Shown: positions 1-11,030 of the stretch, piece by piece
Position numbering within the stretch: position 1 is the stretch's first letter
Layout of the letters: every line of letters begins with the position of its first letter
Assembly (NCBI RefSeq): GCF_009914755.1
Contig: NC_060931.1
Reading direction: 5' to 3' (one strand)
DNA length: 64,000 nucleotides
Source: the human T2T-CHM13v2.0 reference genome, Homo sapiens
Notes under the pieces: model-generated
Told to the model about the DNA's origin: nothing
Seen by the model: the letters and a program-made list of their open reading frames with translations, nothing else
Databases searched by the model: none
Made by a program: the position numbers and the translations under genes

Positions 1-96
1 CCCAAAGGAAATAAATTATTTGGTCTGAGATGCAGCCTGGGCTTTTTAAAAGCTCCCCAGATGATTCTAGTGGGCAACCAAAGCTGAAAACTACTG
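1..96. mobile_element. MER5-type hAT-Charlie DNA transposon fossil (partial)
   Basis: 'aaaagctccccagatgattct...ctgaaaactactg' resembles the recalled MER5A/B end; cut by the window edge. Confidence 0.6.
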
Positions 97-135
97 GTTT
101 TGCTTAAATTTAGATTTAGGCCACCTGCGCAAGAT

Positions 136-149
136 CCAGCAGGGGGCTC
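136..149 (+). promoter_or_regulatory. Candidate CTCF binding motif
   Basis: CCAGCAGGGGGCTC matches the CTCF core CCASYAGRKGGC; motif match only. Confidence 0.45.
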
Positions 150-1137
150 CATCTTCAGTGTAAAGCTTCCAAAAATGCCAGGGCATAGCTCATTTACAAA
201 GGAACTCCCATCCTACGTGGTGAAACTTGCAGGATTTTCTTGGGTGGCTATTGAACCATGATCTTATCCATGAGAAACCCTGAGAAATCTATTGGTGAGC
301 TTCGATAAGCTAATGTAGTTCAAATCCAAGCATCATTAACGGATGTCAACTACTAGTTCTTTGCTAAGTGTTAACTCTATGGGGAGAGTATAGCCACTGA
401 TAAAAAAAACTTTTCTCATTTCTGAACTGACAGTTGTCAAAATAGCTGGTCATTGATTTCACAGATTAGTCAAAATGCTAATTACCAAGTACCTCATTTA
501 TTACCAGACAAATATTTCACTGATGCAGTCATTAATTACAGTTTTGTTTGCTGGATCTTTCTAGCAAAACTCAGAACTGTATCTGTAGAGTGATCAATCC
601 CATGGCTATAGGTGCAAAACCTCATGCCCCCCTCCACATCCTCTTTCCCATAGCCCTTGTGCAAACACTAACCCAAATGTTGCCTGCCAATGCTGTGAGA
701 GTGCTTTACTAACTTTCCTTAACCCAACAGTTTCACAGAAACTCCTTTTTCATAAACTGCCTGTAACACAGGCACATAAATATTATTGGGTGATTATATG
801 AAAGCCGACACAGGAAAAAGCAAGGATGCATTGGCAGCATCCATGCCCGCTCCCAGGAAAGCAACACCTGGAATCTGTCCTAAGACTCAGTTAGGAGCAT
901 TTTCTTCATAAAGTGCCAAGCTGAGCACTTTATGATGTTTAAGACTGAATTTTCTTGGTAGAAGGACTCGTTGATATTCAGCAGTATGTGATATCCAGCA
1001 GGAGTCATGGCTTTATACTTAGCTGTGGAGCTGTGAGGGAGGCCTTGGCGCAGACTCTTCTCCCTTGTTAGTGCCTGTTGCTCCCGCTTGGGACATTCCT
1101 CCCCCTTCCCTGCTGCCCATGTGTCTGTCATCTATCC

Positions 1138-1288
1138 CAGTGGTTTCCCGGCCCTGCTGAACGTAAGTATCACCTCGAGGAGCTTTTAAACTACAGGAGG
1201 CCCAAGCTTCATGCCAGATCAATCTTGAGCTATTGGCATGTTTTTAAAGCTCCTAAGTGGTTTTGAAAAATAGTGTTGAGGACCATTA
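1138..1288. mobile_element. MER5-like hAT element
   Basis: Starts cagtggtttc; contains 'tcacct..ggagcttttaaa' and 'tttttaaagctcc' internal palindromic arms; ends gaggaccatt. Confidence 0.5.
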
Positions 1289-1952
1289 ACCCAGGTCTCT
1301 TCTCTATTACACCACCCCACCCCACAGCCCCTCTGCAGTTCCCAGACCTTGTCTCCACTGTGATCTTTCTATAAAAATGTTCCCAACATAACCAAGAGGC
1401 AGCCATTCAGGTTTTTCCATTGAATTTTATGCATGATTATCTGAATTCTTCATATCGCTTTGCCTGTGTAGACACAGCTTATGCTTTGCTTATTTCACAT
1501 ATGCATAGTAAACCCAGGCATTCTTCACTGGGTGGGCCGGGGTTATGGCTAATGAGGCTGGCCATAAAAACAGCTCTGTTTAATGATGCATTTCTCCAAC
1601 TCTGTTTTTTTCAAAACTGCTTTATTTTGGTTTGCAAAGATTAATTTTGCCCAGCAATGACCCTCTTGGTTTAGCTTACTATTCCGCCTATTTATTTTTG
1701 CTTTCAAAAAGGGAAAGTGGGAGACAAAAGTGCATTAGAAACAAAACTTGGACGAGGATGGATGGTGTGCATATAATCCATGAAATATAATTGCCCAGTG
1801 AAAATAATTTTTTAAAAAATTCCTCGATGAGTACTATGTTCCCTAAGATGATCTCACAATAATTGTGTTCTTGACAAAAAGAGAATGCGAAGTAGTTCTG
1901 TGAAGGAAATCATGTATAAATGCAGCAAAATGTACCAAAGGTGCATGTCTAA

Positions 1953-2283
<331 letters not shown>

Positions 2284-2379
2284 ATTGGGTTTTCTTAAAG
2301 TACAATACACCTATGCTGATGTGCTTTGGAATAGGACTTTAATTCTCCTGGATAGGCTCCCCCATAGCTCTCCAGACAA

Positions 2380-2620
2380 TGAGGTGTAGTGAGACATGAG
2401 GCTTCACCCTCAGGCAGGACTAGGTTTTACTCTAGACACCACCTCTTACTTACCAAATAACCAAGAACAAGGCACTTAACCTCTGTGAGCCTCATTTCCC
2501 AGATTACATAAAAAAGAGGTAATAACACTGATGTGAAGCCTAAGTACATTATGTGCACCAACAACCCAATTTGAGCTGTATTGTAAGTGGGCTAGTAAAT
2601 CAGCTATTCCGTTGACAAAC
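2380..2620 (+). mobile_element. MIR SINE
   Basis: Core-like 'aaggcacttaacctctgtgagcctcatttccc'. Confidence 0.6.
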
Positions 2621-3917
2621 ATGCATTTTAAAGAATTTGTTCACTTCCACTTGAGTCACTAGTTGCTCACCAAGGACTCCAAGTTTTATTTTCTATAGCA
2701 CGCCCTAATCGCTATTAACATTCTTTAAGCTATCATCAACATCATTGTGAGTGAAGAAAAATAGCACTCCAAGTATGCACAATGAGGAATTATGATTCCG
2801 AGCTTTATTTCTGTGAAATAGGATGTAAGAATTGGCAAACAGAGAGGAAAGGGATCTGAAACATTTTTGGCTGCATTATCTGGTTTCTATTGGGAAAATA
2901 AATTCTAAACTCAATAAGAAAATTGTTTTAACTGGGAAGATTCTCCAAGTTTACTTATAATGCATATTGTACTAAAATAAATTAAATGGGAAGACACGAA
3001 TTATAGTTCCCCTAATCAAACGTAAACATAATTATAGGGGACTGAGCTATTGAATGTTTATATAACCTAAATCATTAGTCACTAAGTTTATTTTCCACAA
3101 GAATGATATACTTAGAATACAGAAATGAAACTTGAGTTACCAACTCACTGCTAATAGAATCTATTTGATTTATTCAGTATTTAGCAAACTTCTTTTGAAT
3201 ACCAGATTCTGGGTTTAAGTGCTGGAATACAAACATGAATAAGCACAGTGCCTCTCTCCCCTTCCATGTCCCAAGTACTCACAGAGCCATGAGCATGAGT
3301 ATCTCACTTCAGTCTGTGGAGTACTAGAACAGCCTTATAAACAGACGTTTATCCCAGCATGATGTATCCCATCCTATGCCCAGTGAAAGATGTCAGTAAT
3401 ACCTTGGATACCCCAGGACAGTCTGGAAGTCTCAAGGGCAGCCTGAATTAGTTACTTCTTTTCATTTAGCATAACAAAAGCACCAATCTTCCTGTTTTTA
3501 CTATTTGTAATATAGTAGCTGAAGCATATGAGTTGTTGACCTAAGTTTTTCAAGAAGAGGAAATTTCTCTGTCTGGACCAACTCTTGAAAGCCTCTCCCT
3601 TTTTTCAGACAGGCTCATGGCATGCACCACCCCAAATAAACTAATCTGACCTAATACAGGCCTACACATCTCCAACTCAGGGCAGCTCTGCACTGGGTAC
3701 CCGAATTTGGCTTGAGCTAGTGATTTCTGACTGTGAAAAGTATTCATCCAGCCTCTGAGGAAATATAATGAATGAAGATGGGATTGGGAATTTGTGTTCT
3801 ACAGGCATCTAGGAAGAGTCTTGAATAATTTGTCAGTTTTTCTTCCTGTTGTTGCATTGGTTCTTGGTACATACTTACAGGGTTATTCCACAACAAATAT
3901 TTATTTTTGAAACATAC

Positions 3918-4270
3918 TGTATTAATTAGGAATGCTTTCAGTTGCAAGTAGCAGCACATTCAACCATAGTGGCTTAAATAAGAAGAGTTTTGTTTTTCTC
4001 ATGTTAAATTCTTGGAATTTGTTTTAAAAACTTCACAGTGCACAAATCTCAATGATTTTCTTCTCCATTTCCTCACAGTCATTGGATGGCAGCTGCGGTT
4101 CCTGCCATCTCTTTTATGTTCCTTTAGGAAGAAGGAGAAAGAGGAAGGGGCAGCTTCTGTATCAGGAAAGCAAAAGTTTCCCAGGAACCCTACAGTAGAC
4201 TCCTGCTGACAATTCGTTGGCCAGAGAGGAAAGGGAGTTGGGAAGTGTCAGCCAACCACCAGGGTCTACT
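3918..4270 (-). mobile_element. Old MLT1-type (MLT1J/K/L-like) MaLR solo LTR
   Basis: Begins tgtattaattaggaatgctttcagttgcaagtagcag..agtggcttaaataag, typical of a reverse-strand MLT1 end. Confidence 0.6.
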
Positions 4271-5499
4271 GGACACCTCTCTAATTGACACAGTGGATGG
4301 TACTGAAATAAACAGATAAACGAGCTGACATGCCTGCTAACTAAAATGGATTAACTCGTATTTGCAGTAATATCTGACTTATGAGGAATGCCCCTAATGA
4401 GATAACTGGAGATTAGTTTCTATTAGATATTTAGTGTATGTTCTCAGCTTCTTTACTGACTAGGCCGGGCCATTTCCATCTATAGATCAAAGCATGAAGA
4501 TATTTACTCCTGAAGGACCTCTCTTACGTAGGAAGCCAGTGGCCAAGACACAAGTCCTGAAGTATGTGCTGTTCCAATTCATGGGCTGCTGTATTCATAA
4601 TAGTGATCATCACAGCTATGGGTACTGTTTATGCACTGCCAAGCCCTGTGCTCAGACGCTTTCTAGATACTGCCTCTCTGAGCTCTCCAATGAGCCATAT
4701 TTCCTCCATTCTAAGACAAAGCTCTCAGATGATGTATACCATTAATATTTTATTCCTCCAGACCCCTACAAAAAGAAAAAGCCGTCATTAAATCAATGAA
4801 ATGTCTTTCCATTGGTGGCATCACAGAATCACAGAATCAAGAAACTGTGGTATTATTTCCATTTGAGGACACGAAACTTGTAAAGATAAGATAAGTTTTG
4901 GTAACTTACCCAGTGTCACCCAGCTAGAAACAAGCTTCTCTGATTCTAACCCTGCACCATTTTGTTACATTCTCTTTTAGATTAATGTGGTGATATATAA
5001 TGTAATAACTATGATGTGTACAGCGCTTACTTTACACCCAGCACTGAGATAAGTGCTGGTCCTGGTTAAGCCCATATAAATCCTCACAATGGCCGCCTGT
5101 GTGGGGAGTGCTAGTCCTATCTGGAAAACAAGGCTCTAAAAGTAAAGTTGTTCATGCAGATTAAGCCCAGGTCATCTGGCCTATGGCACAATTCTCTTCA
5201 TCGCCATGCAGTGCTGTTTGTCAGAGTAACACATAAGAATATTTAATTCTGTAATTATTCTGCTGCATTTGCCATGTTCTGTCCGCCATCCAACACAAAC
5301 CATAGGAAGCTCTATGGACACATCCTGGCCTCTAGGTCCTTTATGTTCTTCCCCTCCTATTTTCCTACACTCCTTGTTTTCCAGTAGAGTGGATCAATCC
5401 ACTTCACTTGGCATCACTTAGCTGCTGCTCAGCTAACATCATGATCCAGGAGTTGAGAGAGGGTTTGACTGTTCTGAAGAGCAAATAGGTTAGCAAGCA

Positions 5500-5950
5500 G
5501 AATTCACTTAATTGCATTAATTGGAAGAGCAGGGAAAGGCATTGAGATGGATGGTAGGAATGACAAAACACTTCACAGACACCTGAGGAACTCACAGTCT
5601 GGAGGGTGCATTTGGGAAATAGAGGCAGGCAAATGAACAAAATAAAACAGACCTGTCCAGAAAGCTGTGGGAGCACAGAGCAGGAATCATGCGGTCCCAC
5701 CAGAGGATCCTGGAGGACTTCCCAGAGGAGGTGGCATGAACCTCTTACCACACAATAACAGAGTGGGGGAGAGGGTCTTCTGGTAAAGGTATGGTATGTA
5801 CAAGAGCCCTGAAAATTTAAAAGGAATTTTTAGAGATCAAAGGACAGCACCTGTCCCATAGTGACCTCTCAGCTAATATTAGCTCCTAGGAAGATAACTG
5901 GGACAAAGGAGGGGAGCAGGAGACCAGCCCAGAGAGGTGGACGGGGCCAA
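5500..5950 (-). mobile_element. L2 LINE fragment
   Basis: Purine-rich diverged L2-like text ('ctgaggaactcacagtctggaggg', 'ggaggacttcccagaggaggtggcat'). Confidence 0.5.
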
Positions 5951-6199
5951 ACCGTAACATTTGATGGATTTCAGATTTTGAAAAACTAAACAAAGCCTCC
6001 TGTTGGAAGGGCACAAGACTGTTAAAGGCATCTAAATTCAGGGAGAGGGAAGGATTTGTGTGGGACTATGGCAGAGTTGTGAACTCAGGGAGTTAGTGAG
6101 AGCAGCAGGAGTAGGGAAGTATCTTTACGTCCCAAATTGGTACATGGGCTGTTCTGGAGAGGTCCACTTAAGATGCTGTCACAGCATCATTGGATCTAG

Positions 6200-6365
6200 C
6201 ACCTTGTACTCAAAAGAAGCATGGTCAGTTGTTTACATTGACAGCATCTGGGGCTTGTTAGAAATGCAGAATCTCACCTCATCTAAGATCTACTGACTAG
6301 AAATCTGCCTTTTTGATAGATCCTCAAGTAGCTTCCATCAGCCCATTGCAGATTAAGAAGCACTG
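6200..6365. mobile_element. MER5A hAT element
   Basis: 'cttgttagaaatgcagaatctca...ctactgactagaaatctgc...agaagcactg'. Confidence 0.7.
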
Positions 6366-8129
6366 CCCCAGTACAGGGGCAAGAGAGCAGACTTTATCAA
6401 GGGCCCTGTTTTATTCCCATTCAAGAAGTGAGGCCCAATGGAAGGCTTTTACATTGAGGGAAAGTGGCAACTGAGAGCACAAGTCTGCAGTTGCTTGAAT
6501 AAGCAGAAAGGGAGCCTAAGATGCCAAGATTGGATGCCACATGTTCTGGTGCAATGAACAGAAGAAATAGTATGTAGGCAGAGACTGCTGTTAGGCCACC
6601 ACAATGAGGATATGGCTTCTCCAGGGACTTCCTGAGCAATCATCTGTGGTGCACACATCCCTGGCAGCCTCAGAAGATGCTGAAGAACCTATACCATAGA
6701 GCAAGGAAGAGGCACTTAGCAGACGACTCCCAGACAAAAAGGGTGATGGTAGAAATCATTGTTCCTCACTGCTTCCCCCTACTTAGCGAGCAGTCCCTTC
6801 AGGTGAGAGTTAGCTAGTTAAATGGCTTTAAGACTTAATGAATGAGAAATATTAGGGAAATATTTCAGACTAAGCTAACATGGACAATGCATGAGCAAAA
6901 TTAAATTATTCCATTCAGATTACTGCATTCCTTGATGACAGCATTGTTTTTTATTACACCTGAGTACTTCTAGAGTTGATAATATTTAGAAAGCTTTTTC
7001 GGCCTGAAGAAGTAAACACTTTAACACTGTAAGCTTCTGGATACCCTTGGCTTTTGTCAAAAAAAACACAGTTGGATGGGTAGACAATACACAGTACATG
7101 AAGAATGCTGTCCTAGGCACTGTGAGGAGATGCAAAAGAAGTCAATGACAGGAGAAGGAAACAGGCCATTAAAGCAAAATGGACAACCGCTTATGGTGAC
7201 TCAAAATTTCTATGGGGCATCACTAAGAAACTTGTAAGATGAATGATTCATGTTGTCAAAGAGAGTTTGGTTAAAAAAAATCAGACTCAACAGTGACTTG
7301 CTTCAGTTAGAGTCTATCTGCATCTCAAAGGACTTTTAAGAATCTAACTAACCATCTTCATATGACAGCAGGGTCACCTCGGAGTACAGCAGCGGGGTAA
7401 GAGAGCAGCCACCGTAAGAATAAATCAGACTGCATAATGCTGCATGGGGTATGGAACGAGGGTGGATTTGAGCCAAACCACTGAGGGAAGTTTATCAGAT
7501 CTTTGAGTAAGTAGAAAACAGGCTGCAGTTTAATGAACCACACTGAGAAGCACTTTCCCTGGTGATGCAGTTTCTCTTCCATGACCTAAAATCATCCAAA
7601 CCTCCTCAAGCTCTAAAACTGGCAGAAATTTGAACAAAGGCTTGATTGTCTGGACTGCTTATTGCTACTATTCTAAAATAAAGATTTTAAACCTTAGGAT
7701 AGCTGGCCGGAATGCATCGTAAGCTGTGTGAACCCAAGGTGCTCGAAGGATTAACGATCCCTGAGGAAATATGTTTGTGCGCAGCCCTGGATCCTGGGGC
7801 CTTGGCACCTGCTCCATGGTGCCTCTGTGCCTGGCAGTGGATCAAATGCTTGCCCTGGCACATGCCCTCAGCATTTCAGTTTGTGAAGGAAAGGGAGGCA
7901 GGGTGCCTGTCTCTGTTTTTCATGCAGGCAGGACTAAGTTGGATACAAGAGATCCAGCATCATAATTGTTTATAAAAGTATACAATAGAAGTAGAAGTGA
8001 CTTGAGCCAGGTATTCTCACTTCTGTCTCCAAGCCTGCATTATAGTGATACATTTCTAGTGGCACTTCTATGCCTCCAGCTTATACCACTTCTTTGATCT
8101 TGCCCATGAAGCACATCAGAGCGTGTGCC

Positions 8130-8330
8130 CTGGAGTCAGCTTCTGCCTGTCATTAGCAGTGAGACCTTGAGAAAACTAGTAATCTGTCTGAGCCTCAGTT
8201 TCCTGACTTGTAAAATGGTGATAATTTCAGGCTCACAGGCTATTGTGAGGATTAAATGACATCACATATGTGGGGTGCCTAGCATGGTTTTCTGACCCAT
8301 AATATATGCTCGATAAATGTTAGTAACCTT
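8130..8330 (+). mobile_element. MIR SINE
   Basis: 'ctgagcctcagtttcctgacttgtaaaatggtgataat...gtgaggattaaatga...gctcgataaatgttagt'. Confidence 0.75.
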
Positions 8331-8364
8331 ATCTACGTCCCCCATATGATCCACAGGCTTTTGT

Positions 8365-9070
8365 GATAAGATGGAGACCAGGAGGAGGAGAGAGGCATCT
8401 GAGTTTGCAAGCTTGGCAACTAGGTGAATGGAGATGCTTTTAACTGAGAAGGGAAGTACAAAAGGAGGAGGAGGCTTGGGGACAAGATGGTGTTTGGTTT
8501 GGCACAGACTGAGACTGAGAAGATGGGATGTCCACAGACACTCAAAAAGCTGACTTGACAACCTGGGGCAGTGGGCAGTGTTAATTGAAGCCATGAATGA
8601 GGGTGTGTAGAGTATGGAGAAAGGGCCAAGGAAAAGCCCCAGGGGACACCAGCATTGAAGGGCCAGTGGGGGAAAAGTGAAGCAAATTAGTTGGAGAAGT
8701 AGGAGCAGAACTAGCTGATGGCAGCACCATGGACACTTGGGAATTTCTTTTTTATTTTATTTTGTTTTATTGATATATAATAGTTGTACATATTTTGGGG
8801 ATGCATGTGATATTTTGATATCTGTATAGAAGGTGTAATGATCAAATCCAGGTCACTGAGATATCCATCACCCCAAACATGTATCTGTTTGAGGAATTTC
8901 AGAAAAGGTCTTAGCATAGGATCCAGTGCTAGAAGGCCTGGGAACATAAGCACTGCAAAGAGGCCACTAGGAGTCAGTGGGGATTTTGTAGCGATAGCAC
9001 CCTGATTGCTGGAGATTGAGGAGGAGGCTTGGAGGTGGTGAACGAGGGCCACTCTAAGAAGGGAGCAAAG
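8365..9070 (-). mobile_element. L2 LINE fragment, interrupted by an L1 piece
   Basis: 'gcttggcaactaggtgaatggagatgcttttaactgaga' and similar L2-like segments. Confidence 0.55.
8748..8888 (-). mobile_element. Short L1MA-type 3' end
   Basis: T-rich tail then 'atataatagttgtacatattttggggatgcatgtgatattttgata'; flanked by the direct repeat ggaatttc (8740-8747, 8893-8900). Confidence 0.75.
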
Positions 9071-9074
9071 CTGC

Positions 9075-9634
9075 AGGAGAAGCAAAGCCAGGCACTAGTT
9101 AAAGGCAGGAAAAACAGATTTTACTCGGTAACTACTATAGTAGGGAAGAGCGTCTAGGGAAAACTGAGCTCAATTTCAATCTGTGCAGAGGTGACTGGGC
9201 ATTTTAAAAAGAGAAGAAAAAGTAGGTAGTGGCAGCTCCAGCAGAGTCAGGGAAGTGGAAAATTACAAAAATCAGGGAGGGAGGCTATTCATTGTGATTG
9301 GCCATCTCAGCTTGTTAACTGGTGCTTATGTAGTTAGGCTCCTACTTTTCCACAGAGGCTGGGAGACAGGGCCCTACCTTCAGGTGTTGGCTGGAACAAA
9401 CAGTAAATTCTTCTGGCAGCCTTAAGGTTTCCCAGATAGGAGCTTAAGGAGGCCTGGGTTGTCCCAGGGACATGGCCTTGAGCTATTAAAAACCATGCTA
9501 CAGTTGGCTTAGGCCTTAATGCAGTTGGGGTACATGAAATCGTTTGTGCTGAGAGTCTGCAGTCCTTAGAGGCCAAGGTTGAGGCCCAGTGGAGAAGAGG
9601 GGTCAAAGTTTGGTCAAAGAGAGAATCTTTATCA
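9075..9634 (-). mobile_element. ERV1 solo LTR, MER31/MER67-like
   Basis: Minus strand starts TGATAAAGATTCTCTCTTTGACCAAACTTTG...GGCCTCAACCTTGGCC, like recalled MER31/MER67 LTRs; subfamily uncertain. Confidence 0.6.
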
Positions 9635-9814
9635 GAGGAGGCAGGGTCATGGAAATATAAAGATATTTTAAAACTGAGTGGAAACATCCGGGAGAGAAGA
9701 CAGATTGAACCCAAAATTGAGGTTGGAGTAATAAGTGCAAGTGATTAGGCCACCCAGAGTGGAACAGCGAGGCAGAGAGAGGCCCTAAGGCCCCATAGAG
9801 GCAATGCTCAAAAC

Positions 9815-10010
9815 CAGGGGCCAGCAAATTTTCTCTGTAAGAGACCAGATAGTAAATAATTTAGGCTTTATAGGCCATATATGGTGTCTGTGTCTATTTT
9901 TCTTCTTGTTCTTTTAACCCCATAAAAATGGAAAAATCATTCTTGGTTCATGGGCCAGCCAAAAACAGGCTGCAGGTGGATTGAGCAGCTACCACTTGCA
10001 AACACCCCTG
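9815..10010. mobile_element. MER58-family hAT element (MER58C-like)
   Basis: Termini cagggg...cccctg, 'ccagatagtaaataatttaggcttt', 8-bp TSD ctcaaaac/ctctaaac. Confidence 0.75.
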
Positions 10011-10567
10011 CTCTAAACCCTGGTTTGACCCCATCCATGTGTACAGGTCACCCTTTTCATCATTCAAATTTTCATAGAACGCTTTGACATTCCACCTGCC
10101 TGCAGGGACTTTTTCATGATGTTCACCTGCAAAAATTCATCCCTCCTCCCAGCCAAGAAAAAAAATTACAGCCTCATCTACTAGGTGCAGAACTAATTTG
10201 TTGCTTGGCATCCCCCCAAATCCACAGGCCCAATTCATTCTGTTAAGCTTCATGCCAGCAGCCTCCACGCAGAACCAGGTGATGTTGCTTCCCTAAAGAC
10301 AGCACTTTTTTGCCCACTACTTAAGCTTAATTGGGAGCAACTTCCTGCATGACAATGCTCACATTAAAAATATCTTAGGATGGCACCTAAGGTCTACCCA
10401 TTCACTCCATGCCAAGAAATTCCTGACTTGCTTCCAAAGCAAAACCATAAGTAGGCAGTTCCAAGTCCCATTGGATTGCAGCTCCACATGTGATTTAATT
10501 AATAGGTTTCTTAGTCAGTTGCTTTATCTAAGAACAGAAATAGCCAAGCAGATGTGATATCTGTCCA

Positions 10568-10575
10568 TGACGTCA
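10568..10575. promoter_or_regulatory. Full palindromic CRE (TGACGTCA)
   Basis: Inside the perfect 12-bp palindrome catgacgtcatg (10566-10577); motif match only. Confidence 0.3.
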
Positions 10576-10789
10576 TGCTGGTACTTTTGCCCTGTATCAG
10601 CTGGCAGAAAATTCAAGGGCCGACCAGCAGAATTTGTTACTTTCAGATGATGATAATGTCTGAAAATTTTGTCTGTTTATTTTAAATATTCAGACATATT
10701 TCCGTGACCAGAGGGATGTAGATGAGCTGCCAGAAATTAATGCTTTCCTACATCTAGTACTCTTTGAAGTGTGCATCTAAGAAAAGCAG

Positions 10790-11030
10790 CATGTTATAGT
10801 GGGGAAGTTCCAATTTGGGAATCAGAGTTGGATCTGCATCCCAGACTCAAATAGCTGCATGACCTTGGGCAAGTTACTGACCTTCTCTAAACCACAGACT
10901 TCTCATCTGTAAGATGAGGATAATTGTACCTACCTTGTGGGAATATCATGAAAATTAGACATACTACTTGCAACCTTCTGAGTGAGGTATCTGGCACCCA
11001 GAAAGCACTCCAGAAATGGTTGTAGTAATA
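10790..11030 (+). mobile_element. MIR SINE
   Basis: 'tgaccttgggcaagttactgaccttctctaaacc...ctcatctgtaagatgaggataat'. Confidence 0.8.
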
